From: an uncultured Staphylococcaceae bacterium
Lineage (GTDB): Bacteria; Bacillota_I; Bacilli_A; RFN20; CAG-826
Length of the DNA stretch: 56,009 nt
Direction: 5' to 3'
Assembly (NCBI GenBank): GCA_964654155.1
Contig: CAZZGL010000003.1
Span: 1-56,009 of the forward strand
The translations under genes were made by a program, and so were the position numbers. Below the pieces are notes generated by a model. That model did no database searches and had not been told where the DNA came from. It worked only from the letters and a program-made list of their open reading frames with translations. How positions within the stretch are numbered: position 1 is the stretch's first letter; each line of letters begins with the position of its first letter. Shown here piece after piece: positions 44,675-53,599 of this stretch.

Positions 44675-46384
44675 TTACTTAACACGTACAGAAACAGTAA
44701 TTTCTCCATTTTCTATTTTTCCAACTTCAACAGTATAACCTATAGAACTACCATCATTAAATTTGTCATTTCCTTTATAGAAATAATAACTCTTTGCTTC
44801 AAATATATCTCCAGTTTCCCATAAAGCACTATTACGATCAACAAGTACGGAACTTCCTTTTTTTGAATTATTACCATTAGCAAGTGTATTTTTACCGCCC
44901 TTATCAATTAAATGAAGCAATCGAACCTTTGATGGATTTTGTGAATCTTTTAAATAAGAATAGCTAACAGAATTTGATGCACCTATATAGTAATAAATAC
45001 TATCTCCTACATAACTAAGTGCCGAATCAATTTCATTATCATTAATATAACCTTCATTATTAGAATCGCTATTATCTTTTATTTTAACTAATCTTGCGTC
45101 AACATGATAAATACGAAGACCGCTATAATCATACATTTTATCTCTTGTATCAAATTCATATTTCGAATCTTGCTCATTTAATCCTTCAGGTGTGTAAAAT
45201 TCAATTAATATATACTCATCAAATATCGTTCCATTCCAATTGTTATTTATTAAAATTGCATCTCCATATAATGCTGATGATCTTAACTTAATATCCGCAT
45301 TTCCGGTAACAACATAAGGATTAACCCATCCTAAACTGAATTTAGAATAAATATTATGATCTCCAACATTATAAGATTGCATATCTAATTCTCCTGCACA
45401 ATCCCAGGCATTATTAGAGTCATAACAATAATAATCATCTAATCCTAAAATATGTCCCATTTCATGAATAAAGGTATGACCATCTAATCCTGTAGGTAAT
45501 GAAGAAACAGAATTTGAATTATAAGTATCATTAATAAATTCATAGCTTACCCACATATGAATATTGGTTATTGGTTTAGTTGTATCTGACTCATAATTAG
45601 CTCCTGAAACCCATGCCCAATAAACACTATCACTATCGGTTGAATATTTATTAGAATAGCAAAAGATAACTGCATCTAGATATCCATCGCCATCTTGATC
45701 ATATTCTTTTGCTTTTGCTTCAGAAATTGAATCATTTAGGAGATCACCCATATAATTTCCTGGATCATATGTATGTTTATCGTTATCATATTTTTCATTA
45801 TATTCACTTGCAGTCATATTAACTTGTAAAGTTTCACTATAAACTTCACCAGTAATATTCAATTTTCCATAACTTGATTTATTAAAATATGATTTAACAG
45901 ATTCCCAGTTAGTATCTTTTTCTTCGCCAAAAAATATTTTATTTAGATTTTCTTTTTTAGCATTTGTCCAAGTTGGATTTGATTCATTTTTAGCACTTTT
46001 AAATTGAACCGGAACGACTAAAACTTTTTGATTTCCTGTAGACTTTAAAGTGTTCCAATAAATCATCTCATTCGTGGATCTTAATGTATATTTTTGATCT
46101 CCTGCCTTATAATAATTATCAACACTTCCTATATTTGAAGTTGTATTATTAGTCGTTGAAGAAGACGCAGCAGTAGATGTTGCAGTGCTAGGTAATTTAG
46201 TTGTGCTTGAAGATGTATTTGGATTAGTCGTCGGTGTTACTGTTGAATTTGTACTACTAGAAGTAATCACCTCACCACTTGTGGTTGTATTCCCATTTAT
46301 GCTACTTGAACTAATATTAGTATCTAACGAACATGAACTTAATAATAAAAACAATAATAAGCTACCAATTAAACTTTTTTTCAT
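44675..46384 (-). CDS. Lipoprotein zinc metalloprotease, M6 (immune inhibitor A)-like domain, with a Ser/Thr-rich linker
   Basis: The ATG at 46384 follows GGAGG. Lipobox LLLSSCS. A ~70-aa S/T/N-rich tract follows. HTFIHEMGHILGLDDYY fits the HExxHxxGxxD motif recalled for M6-domain proteases. Confidence 0.55.
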   Translation of the reverse strand: MKKSLIGSLLLFLLLSSCSLDTNISSSSINGNTTTSGEVITSSSTNSTVTPTTNPNTSSSTTKLPSTATSTAASSSTTNNTTSNIGSVDNYYKAGDQKYTLRSTNEMIYWNTLKSTGNQKVLVVPVQFKSAKNESNPTWTNAKKENLNKIFFGEEKDTNWESVKSYFNKSSYGKLNITGEVYSETLQVNMTASEYNEKYDNDKHTYDPGNYMGDLLNDSISEAKAKEYDQDGDGYLDAVIFCYSNKYSTDSDSVYWAWVSGANYESDTTKPITNIHMWVSYEFINDTYNSNSVSSLPTGLDGHTFIHEMGHILGLDDYYCYDSNNAWDCAGELDMQSYNVGDHNIYSKFSLGWVNPYVVTGNADIKLRSSALYGDAILINNNWNGTIFDEYILIEFYTPEGLNEQDSKYEFDTRDKMYDYSGLRIYHVDARLVKIKDNSDSNNEGYINDNEIDSALSYVGDSIYYYIGASNSVSYSYLKDSQNPSKVRLLHLIDKGGKNTLANGNNSKKGSSVLVDRNSALWETGDIFEAKSYYFYKGNDKFNDGSSIGYTVEVGKIENGEITVSVRVK

Positions 46385-46458
46385 AATATGCCTCCATTTC
46401 TTTTCAAATGATACCACAATTTAAAAATTAATTTAAGCATATTAATTACAATTTGTAA

Positions 46459-47157
46459 CTATTTATTAATCTTTGCTTTACTAGTGCGATTTTTAATTAT
46501 CCTAATATATAAAAAAGTTATTATTACTGTTAATATAGTTAACAAAAGAATCCAATATCCAAATCCTATTTCTAATATTGAGCTACCTATATTAAAAAAT
46601 CCATTATCATAATAATTCATAAAAAAATATGGAAAGTATCTTTCATTACTTCTCGCATTATTAAACTGAATATTTTTAAAATTGCATAAAAAAACAAAAA
46701 ACAAATAATAAAAAGGAAATACTATACCAAAAAATCCATCATTAATATGAAATTTATGTTCTTCTAAAAACAAAAAAGTTATGACATATATCACAGGCGA
46801 TATAAAATGTAAAACAAGACTTTGAAAAGTAAATAAATAAGAAATATTACCCTTATATATTAATCCTGGAGCGAGCATAAAATTAAATATTACAAAAGTT
46901 AAAGATATAGCTACCGCTGCAATAATTTCTAATATTTCAATAAATCTAAAAACCGTTTTATTACATTTGCTATTTAGTAATAATTTAACTAATAAACTCA
47001 AAAACAAGGTAACTGCCACGAATAAATTGCTTTGAACTGTAAAAGAAAGAAAACCATTTATAAATAATGATTGCTTAAAATAATACTGAACAAATACCGC
47101 TCCTAAAATCAAAATAATATTAAGAATTTTTAAATAAATAATAACAATCTTCTTCAT
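46459..47157 (-). CDS. Polytopic membrane protein of unknown function (6-7 TM)
   Basis: The ATG at 47157 lies 7 nt after AAGGAG. The protein is highly hydrophobic throughout, and I recognise no motif. Confidence 0.5.
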   Translation of the reverse strand: MKKIVIIYLKILNIILILGAVFVQYYFKQSLFINGFLSFTVQSNLFVAVTLFLSLLVKLLLNSKCNKTVFRFIEILEIIAAVAISLTFVIFNFMLAPGLIYKGNISYLFTFQSLVLHFISPVIYVITFLFLEEHKFHINDGFFGIVFPFYYLFFVFLCNFKNIQFNNARSNERYFPYFFMNYYDNGFFNIGSSILEIGFGYWILLLTILTVIITFLYIRIIKNRTSKAKINK

Positions 47158-47209
47158 AAACAACTCCTTAAGCATTATTGTGTGAAGTTCTAGAATATTT
47201 AATCTAAAC

Positions 47210-47238
47210 TTGACTACAATAAAAGAAAGCAATAATAA
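47210..47238 (+). promoter_or_regulatory. Putative promoter of the flavodiiron gene
   Basis: TTGACT, 17 nt spacer, TAATAA, 35 nt upstream of the ATG at 47274. Confidence 0.3.
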
Positions 47239-47273
47239 AGCTTATTATTTCTACACCTAAAGGAGTCTCTTCC

Positions 47274-49073
47274 ATGCAAATTTCAAACGATATTATTTAC
47301 ATAGGCGTTAATGATCATCAAATTGATTTATTTGAAGGTCAATATCCTGTCCCAAAAGGGATTTCATACAATTCATATATGATTTTGGATGATAAAATCG
47401 CCATTTTAGATACTGTTGATATTAATTTTTCAAAAAAATGGCTAATAAATATTGAAAATGCTTTAAATGGTAGAAAACCTGATTATTTAATAATCCATCA
47501 TATGGAAATGGACCATTCATCATGCATTGTTGATTTTATAAATAAATATCCATCTACAATAATTGTTTCATCGTTAGAAGCTTTTAAAATGATGAAAAAC
47601 TTTTTTAATATAGATTTAAGCAAAAATACTTATATTATAAATGAAAATGATACCTTAAGCCTTGGTAAGCACAGTTTAACCTTTTTTCATGCACCGATGG
47701 TTCATTGGCCAGAAGTAATTGTTTCTTATGATAACTATGAAAAAGTATTATTTTCTGCCGATGGATTTGGCAAATTTGGCGCACTAGATGTGAAAGAAGA
47801 TTGGTTAGATGAAGCTAGACGATATTATATAGGCATTGTAGGAAAATATGGTCAACAAGTTCAAAATCTTTTAAAAAAAGTTTCTTCTTTAAATGTTAAA
47901 ATGATTTGTCCTCTTCATGGTCCAATATTAAAAGATAATTTAGATTACTACATTAATCTTTATGATATATGGTCATCTTATAAACAAGAAAAAGAAGGTA
48001 TTGTTATTGCTTATACTTCAATTTATGGTAACACAAAAGAAGCAATCGAGCTTCTAATAACTAAACTGAAAGAAAAGAAAACACCAGATATTAAAGTTTT
48101 CGATTTAGCTCGTGATTCTATTAGTGAAGCAATTGCTGCCGTTTTTGCATATGGAAAATTAGTTTTAGCCACAACAACATATAACAGTGATATTTTCCCA
48201 TATATGAAAACTTTTATTAATGGTTTAACAGAAAGAAATATACAAAATAAAACAATTGCACTAATTGAAAATGGTAGCTGGGCTCCTCTTGCATCATCGA
48301 AAATGAAAAACATGCTGTCCAATTGTAAAAATCTCACTTTCTGCAAAACAATTGTCCATATAAAATCATCATTAAGCGAACAATCTCGTAATGAAATTGA
48401 AAATCTTAGTGATGAACTATGTAAAGATTATTCTCACATCAAACTAAAAACAAACAATAAAGATGAGCTTTCTGTTCTATTTAACATTGGTTATGGGCTA
48501 TATGTAATAACATCATTTGATGGTCAAAAACATAACGGATTAATTGTAAACACCATTACTCAAGTTACTAATATACCTAATAGAATTGCAGTAACTATTA
48601 ACAAACAAACATATTCACATGATGTTATTAAACATTCTAGAATAATGAACATTAATTGTCTAACAACAAATGCACCTTTTAATTTATTTAAAACATTTGG
48701 TTTCCAAAGTGGAAAAGATACTGATAAATTCAAAAATAGTCCTTTACTGATATCTAATAATGGATTAGCATATTTAGCAAATTATATTAATTCATATATT
48801 TCATTAAAGGTAGAACAATACATTGATTTAGATACTCATGGAATGTTTATATGCACCATTACAGAATCAAAAATAATTTCTAATGAACCTACAATGACAT
48901 ATACATATTATCTAGAAAATATAAAGCCTAAATCAAAAGAAAAGAAAAAAGGATTTGTTTGCAAAATATGCGGATATATATATGAAGGTGAATCTTTACC
49001 AAAAGATTACATCTGCCCTATTTGTAAACATGGAGTATCTGATTTTGAACCAATTAATCAAGAAAGGAGCTAG
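47274..49073 (+). CDS. fprA: Multidomain flavodiiron protein: metallo-beta-lactamase diiron + flavodoxin + flavin-reductase-like + rubredoxin
   Basis: Diiron ligand motif HHMEMDHS; flavodoxin-like IAYTSIYGNTKE; flavin-reductase-like LFNIGYGLYVITSFDGQKHNGLIVNTITQVT; C-terminal CKICGYIY...CPICKH rubredoxin. Confidence 0.8.
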   Translation: MQISNDIIYIGVNDHQIDLFEGQYPVPKGISYNSYMILDDKIAILDTVDINFSKKWLINIENALNGRKPDYLIIHHMEMDHSSCIVDFINKYPSTIIVSSLEAFKMMKNFFNIDLSKNTYIINENDTLSLGKHSLTFFHAPMVHWPEVIVSYDNYEKVLFSADGFGKFGALDVKEDWLDEARRYYIGIVGKYGQQVQNLLKKVSSLNVKMICPLHGPILKDNLDYYINLYDIWSSYKQEKEGIVIAYTSIYGNTKEAIELLITKLKEKKTPDIKVFDLARDSISEAIAAVFAYGKLVLATTTYNSDIFPYMKTFINGLTERNIQNKTIALIENGSWAPLASSKMKNMLSNCKNLTFCKTIVHIKSSLSEQSRNEIENLSDELCKDYSHIKLKTNNKDELSVLFNIGYGLYVITSFDGQKHNGLIVNTITQVTNIPNRIAVTINKQTYSHDVIKHSRIMNINCLTTNAPFNLFKTFGFQSGKDTDKFKNSPLLISNNGLAYLANYINSYISLKVEQYIDLDTHGMFICTITESKIISNEPTMTYTYYLENIKPKSKEKKKGFVCKICGYIYEGESLPKDYICPICKHGVSDFEPINQERS

Positions 49074-49075
49074 TT

Positions 49076-49243
49076 ATGAAATACATTTGTAATGTATGTG
49101 GATGGATCTACGACGAAGAACTAGGTGATATTGAAAACAATATTGCACCGGGTACCAAATTTGAAAACTTACCCGAAAACTTTACCTGCCCACATTGTGG
49201 AATGAGTAAAGATGCGTTTTCATTAATCGAAAATCCTGACTAA
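49076..49243 (+). CDS. rub: Rubredoxin (55 aa; absent from the supplied ORF track)
   Basis: ATG at 49076, 6 nt after AAAGGAG. Translation is MKYICNVCGWIYDEELGDIENNIAPGTKFENLPENFTCPHCGMSKDAFSLIENPD, with CxxC...CPxC and the WIYDE core. TAA at 49241-49243. Confidence 0.85.
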   Translation: MKYICNVCGWIYDEELGDIENNIAPGTKFENLPENFTCPHCGMSKDAFSLIENPD

Positions 49244-49261
49244 AAAAGCCAGGATTTTTTA
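49231..49261 (+). terminator. Bidirectional rho-independent terminator between rubredoxin and the convergent operon
   Basis: AAATCCTG-(11 nt)-CAGGATTT followed by T-runs on both strands. Confidence 0.65.
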
Positions 49262-49642
49262 TTTTAACAACTCATCTGATAAGGATAATATTTCTTTAGA
49301 ATATTTTCTTTTTAACAATTCTTTTATTCTTTTATAAATCGGATATGCTATAAGCATTAATAGTATTCCTAATATTCCTGGAATAATACCTAGCCACATC
49401 CACCACGAAGTATTCCATACTAAGAAAAAGCACATTCCAAAACCAAATAACAATGTACCGATAATACCTATTGAAAGTCCTCCAATTAAAGGAATATTAT
49501 GAACTCGATTATGTAATTGTTTTAACCTATCTAATTTTATTGAACGGTCAGATTTTGGTAAATATTGACTTCTAATACTTTCAATTTCTTCTTTTTCATC
49601 TATCTTTAACGCGTCATATTCATATTCAAATTTTTCTCCCAC
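49259..49642 (-). CDS. Small 2-TM membrane protein, last gene of the two-component operon (paralog of 54472-54824)
   Basis: GTG start 8 nt after AGGAGG, which overlaps the kinase stop. It has an N-terminal EIESIRSQYLP motif, a TM hairpin with GIIGTLLFGFGMC, and a C-terminal YPIYKRI...KYSKEILSLSDELL. Confidence 0.6.
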   Translation of the reverse strand: MGEKFEYEYDALKIDEKEEIESIRSQYLPKSDRSIKLDRLKQLHNRVHNIPLIGGLSIGIIGTLLFGFGMCFFLVWNTSWWMWLGIIPGILGILLMLIAYPIYKRIKELLKRKYSKEILSLSDELLK

Positions 49643-49654
49643 AACAAATTCCTC

Positions 49655-50674
49655 CTATAAAACTATTTTAAAAATCGTTCCCACTCCAACTTCACTTTCT
49701 ACTGCAATCGAAGCTCCAAGAGCGTCAATTACTTTCTTAACTAACGCAAGTCCTAAGCCATTGCCTTCTTTTTTATGAGAAGTATCTCCTTGATAAAACT
49801 TATCAAAAATATGTTCTCCTGTTTCTTGATCCATCCCACATCCACTGTCTTTAATTAAAACAACTGCTTGATTATTAACTTTTTTTAATGAAATTTCTAA
49901 AAATCCATTTTCTTTATTAAACTTAATCGCATTATTAATGATATTAGTAAATACTATTTCTAGATAACTTTTTTCACTTTTAATCATAACATCTTCTTCA
50001 ATATCACATATTAATTCAATTTTTTTATCATCAATCAAATTTTCAAATTGAACAATTTGATCAATTAATAATTCACTCAAATTAAATAATGTAAATTCGA
50101 TATTTAAACATTGATTTTCCAATTTATTAAGTTTTAATATGTTGGTAATTAATAATGATAATTTATTGCATGCATCTTGAATAACATTCAAATAAATTGT
50201 TCTTGTTTTTTCATCAATCATTAATGATGAGGCTGCTTTTGAATAATTTTGAATAACCGATAATGGGGTTTTTATTTCATGAGAAACATTAGCAATAAAA
50301 TCATTTTTTAAAACTTCACTTTTTGAAAGCTCTTTAGACATTTTAAGCAAATCATGTTTTATCAAATCAAACTCATCAAAATGAGAATAACTATGACTAT
50401 ATGATAATTCAATCTCAAAATCACCTCGACTCATTTTTTCAGTAGCGGCTAGAATTTCATTTAAAGGTTTATCAACCATTATCTTTCTTCTAATATTATC
50501 AATAAAAGTAAATACTATTGTAGAAAATATAATAAACAATAATATATATATTGCAATCACGCCATGACTTTGATCTTTAATTAAAGAATAAACTCCGATT
50601 GCTAAAGATGTAACAAGTACCACTGGAATTAGAAAAAGAAAAAAGCCTAATATTAATTCTTTTTTTTTTCTCAT
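49655..50674 (-). CDS. Sensor histidine kinase, intramembrane-sensing type (two TM helices joined by a ~7-aa loop)
   Basis: H-box FIANVSHEIKTPL, N-box NIINNAIKFN, G-boxes DSGCGM and GNGLGLALV. The only predicted extracytoplasmic segment is IKDQSHG. Confidence 0.85.
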   Translation of the reverse strand: MRKKKELILGFFLFLIPVVLVTSLAIGVYSLIKDQSHGVIAIYILLFIIFSTIVFTFIDNIRRKIMVDKPLNEILAATEKMSRGDFEIELSYSHSYSHFDEFDLIKHDLLKMSKELSKSEVLKNDFIANVSHEIKTPLSVIQNYSKAASSLMIDEKTRTIYLNVIQDACNKLSLLITNILKLNKLENQCLNIEFTLFNLSELLIDQIVQFENLIDDKKIELICDIEEDVMIKSEKSYLEIVFTNIINNAIKFNKENGFLEISLKKVNNQAVVLIKDSGCGMDQETGEHIFDKFYQGDTSHKKEGNGLGLALVKKVIDALGASIAVESEVGVGTIFKIVL

Positions 50675-51342
50675 TTTAATATCACCTTATATCCCAATCC
50701 ATGGACGGTAATAATTTCAAATCCATTACATTTTTTTGTTTTTTCTCTTAATTTAGCCATATAAACATCAACAGTTCTTGATGTCGCACTAGAATCAAAA
50801 TCCCAGAAATCTTCCATTAATTTGCTTCTTGTAAATATCTTTTTCGGTGATGATAACATCGCATATAAAATATCAAATTCTCTCACAGTTAAATTAACTT
50901 CTTTTTCATCTATTAATGTAATTCTTTCCTCTTTATTCATTTTCAAATTGTCAATAACCAATTCCTTAACAATGTCGATTTTCAAGCGACGACATATTGC
51001 ATTTATTTTCATTATTAACTCATCTAAGTCGAATGGTTTTGTGATATAATCATCGACTCCAATTTGATATCCAAATTGTTTAGATGGTTTATCATCTCTA
51101 GCAGTCATAAATACAATTGGTATAAATTCATCAATAATCCGAAGTTTTTTTGCTAATTCAAATCCATCTAAATAAGGCATCATAATATCACTCAATACTA
51201 AATCAATCTTATTTTCTTCAAAAACACTTATCGCTTCTAACCCATCAAAAGCCGAAACAACCTCATAGCCGGCATTTAAAAGATATGTCTTAATAAGACT
51301 ATTTAAATTTTTATCATCTTCAACCACTAATACTTTTGCCAT
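50671..51342 (-). CDS. OmpR-family response regulator
   Basis: VLVVEDD, LVLSDIMMPYLDG, ITKPF, wHTH LTVREFDILYAML...TVDVYMAKLR. The ATG at 51342 lies 5 nt after AGGTGA. ATGA overlap with the kinase start. Confidence 0.9.
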   Translation of the reverse strand: MAKVLVVEDDKNLNSLIKTYLLNAGYEVVSAFDGLEAISVFEENKIDLVLSDIMMPYLDGFELAKKLRIIDEFIPIVFMTARDDKPSKQFGYQIGVDDYITKPFDLDELIMKINAICRRLKIDIVKELVIDNLKMNKEERITLIDEKEVNLTVREFDILYAMLSSPKKIFTRSKLMEDFWDFDSSATSRTVDVYMAKLREKTKKCNGFEIITVHGLGYKVILK

Positions 51343-51350
51343 AACATCAC

Positions 51351-52301
51351 CTACTCTTCGCATTCACTTTCTTTAATAAAACCTTTTTCTAACATAATTT
51401 TATCTAATTTATCAATAATGCTCGCACATTTAAAATGATAAATTAATCCTCCTATTGCATAAACAAATATTAGAATTTCTGACAAAATAATAGCCATGAT
51501 TTTTAAATAAATATTCCATTTTCTAAGAGGACTTTTTTCTTGAACTAAATACCCATCTATTTTATTATCTATCAATTTCCCCTCATAATAATAATTACCA
51601 TAAAAATTACTATTCGTAAGATATATTTTTACTTCATTTTCTACTTTTTTATCATAAACTATAGAAATATAAACATTATGTTTTCTATCTATTAAACTTA
51701 TTCTAGGCAAAATATGAATAAAAATCGATAAAATTATAATAATCAGTGCCACAATTATTCCAAATATACCATTAATAATTCTAGTATCATTTAAAGAGGC
51801 AAAAGATGTCAAAGCAACTTCAGTTAAAGCAATCGCGGTAAATGCCGAACACAAATTAATAATTTTTATATTTCGATAATAATGACCTTTATGATATGAA
51901 TTAAAGCAACCTTTTATTGCCAAAGCAAGTTCAATAAAGGAAATTGTTGCAATTCCTATCCCTAAAATTTGGTCATAATTCATTATTGCAACATTACTAT
52001 AAAGCATTCTTCCCATATAAATTCCATATTGAATTCCAGAAAGAAGTAAAAATAAACTAATTAATAAATTCCTTTTTTCAAATTTCATATTACTATGATC
52101 ATATATTCCTAACAAGCACTCTAATTTTGCAAGCATAATAAATAAATTAATAATTCCTGCAACAAGAAAGAATATACCAAAGAAAATCGCTAAAACGAAT
52201 TTAATAATAGCCATAAATGCATTAAATAAAATCGAAAATTTGGTTGTAAAAATGGTTTTTTGTTCAAAATTCATCTTTTTATAATTATCAATTAAAACCA
52301 T
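51351..52301 (-). CDS. Polytopic membrane protein (about 7 TM plus a ~60-aa soluble insert), first gene of the two-component operon
   Basis: 316 aa with no recognisable motif. Its stop lies 8 nt upstream of the regulator's ATG. Confidence 0.55.
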   Translation of the reverse strand: MVLIDNYKKMNFEQKTIFTTKFSILFNAFMAIIKFVLAIFFGIFFLVAGIINLFIMLAKLECLLGIYDHSNMKFEKRNLLISLFLLLSGIQYGIYMGRMLYSNVAIMNYDQILGIGIATISFIELALAIKGCFNSYHKGHYYRNIKIINLCSAFTAIALTEVALTSFASLNDTRIINGIFGIIVALIIIILSIFIHILPRISLIDRKHNVYISIVYDKKVENEVKIYLTNSNFYGNYYYEGKLIDNKIDGYLVQEKSPLRKWNIYLKIMAIILSEILIFVYAIGGLIYHFKCASIIDKLDKIMLEKGFIKESECEE

Positions 52302-52366
52302 AAAACCGCCTCCTTTTCTTTCACTTATATTTATATACTATTTTTATAAATTAATCTTTATTTTTT

Positions 52367-52388
52367 TGTAAAAGTTTTGTAAAAGTTT
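52367..52388. promoter_or_regulatory. Perfect 11-bp tandem direct repeat (TGTAAAAGTTT x2) in a divergent promoter region; candidate response-regulator operator
   Basis: 52367-52377 and 52378-52388 are identical. The repeat lies 57 nt upstream of the GDPD ATG and 66 nt upstream of the 52301 start. Confidence 0.4.
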
Positions 52389-52444
52389 TTTTAGTGATAA
52401 TTACATTTAGTTATGATATTATAAAAAAAAGAAAGAGGTATTTT

Positions 52445-53455
52445 ATGAAAATTTTTAGAAGAATTAAAAACTTAATTATATTTGTTTGTGTCTTAGTAAC
52501 ATTTTTTGTCGTAGTTAATGTCATTCCACCATCAAAAGTAATGGATACCAATCCATTCATATCCACAAGCGGAATGCCAATGTTATGCGCACATCGAGGT
52601 GGTAAAACCGCAAATCCAGAAAACACATTAAAAGCATACCGTGCTGCCGCAAATGAATTTAATGTCGATATTATGGAAAGCGATTTATGGTTAACAAAGG
52701 ATAATCAGCTTGTCTATAACCATGATGACACAATTAATAGAACTAGTGATGTAGTACAAATAACTGGTGAAGATAAAGATCATTATGTTAGTGATTATAC
52801 TCTTGAAGAACTAAGAAATTTCAATTTTGGATACAATTTTGAAGATAAAAATGGAAATTATCCTTATCGAAATATCGAAGGATTAAACGGGGAAAACAGA
52901 AAACAAATTCTTAAAGATAATGGATTATCAATTGTTGAAGTTAGTGAATTATTTGAAGAATTTTATGAAACGAATCCAGATTTATTATTCATCGTCGAAA
53001 TCAAAGATAGCGGAGAACGTGGATATACCGCCGCAACAATATTAGATGATTTATTAACTAATAAATATCCAAATTATAAGAATCAACTCGTTGTCGGAAC
53101 CTTCCACGATGAAATTGAAGCCGATTTAAAAGAAAATCACCCTACTCTTTTAAGAGGTGCTCCAACTGGAACCGCAGCAAAGTTTATTATTACCGAAATG
53201 TTTAAAGTTAATTTATTTGATAATGACAAATTTGCCTGTTTACAAATTCCAACAAGCTATAACATTAAAGGTATTAATATTAATCTTAACAAAGAAAAAT
53301 ATATTACCAGAGCGCATAAAAGAAATATTGCTGTTCAATATTGGACAATTAATGAAGAAGAAGAAATGAAAGAATTAATCGAACTTGGATGCGATGCAAT
53401 TATGACCGATGATCCTGGTTTACTTAGAGATGTTTTAAATTCATATAAAAAATAA
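52445..53455 (+). CDS. Membrane-anchored glycerophosphodiester phosphodiesterase
   Basis: The ATG at 52445 follows AAGAGG. N-terminal TM helix. GDPD motifs CAHRGG...PENTL and ESDLWLTKDNQLVYNHDDTINRTS. Confidence 0.8.
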   Translation: MKIFRRIKNLIIFVCVLVTFFVVVNVIPPSKVMDTNPFISTSGMPMLCAHRGGKTANPENTLKAYRAAANEFNVDIMESDLWLTKDNQLVYNHDDTINRTSDVVQITGEDKDHYVSDYTLEELRNFNFGYNFEDKNGNYPYRNIEGLNGENRKQILKDNGLSIVEVSELFEEFYETNPDLLFIVEIKDSGERGYTAATILDDLLTNKYPNYKNQLVVGTFHDEIEADLKENHPTLLRGAPTGTAAKFIITEMFKVNLFDNDKFACLQIPTSYNIKGININLNKEKYITRAHKRNIAVQYWTINEEEEMKELIELGCDAIMTDDPGLLRDVLNSYKK

Positions 53456-53462
53456 TTATTTT

Positions 53463-53491
53463 ACCTGTGGATAATTCTGCAGGTTTTTTTT
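53463..53491 (+). terminator. Putative terminator of the GDPD gene
   Basis: ACCTGT-(10 nt)-GCAGGT followed by T8. Confidence 0.5.
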
Positions 53492-53599
53492 CGCTTTAAT
53501 TCTATCACTTGATACCAAATTAAAAAAAATAACAATTATATTAAGTTGTCTAATTATTAAGACTCTACAATTTATTTGTTATATCTTTAAATACTTTTT

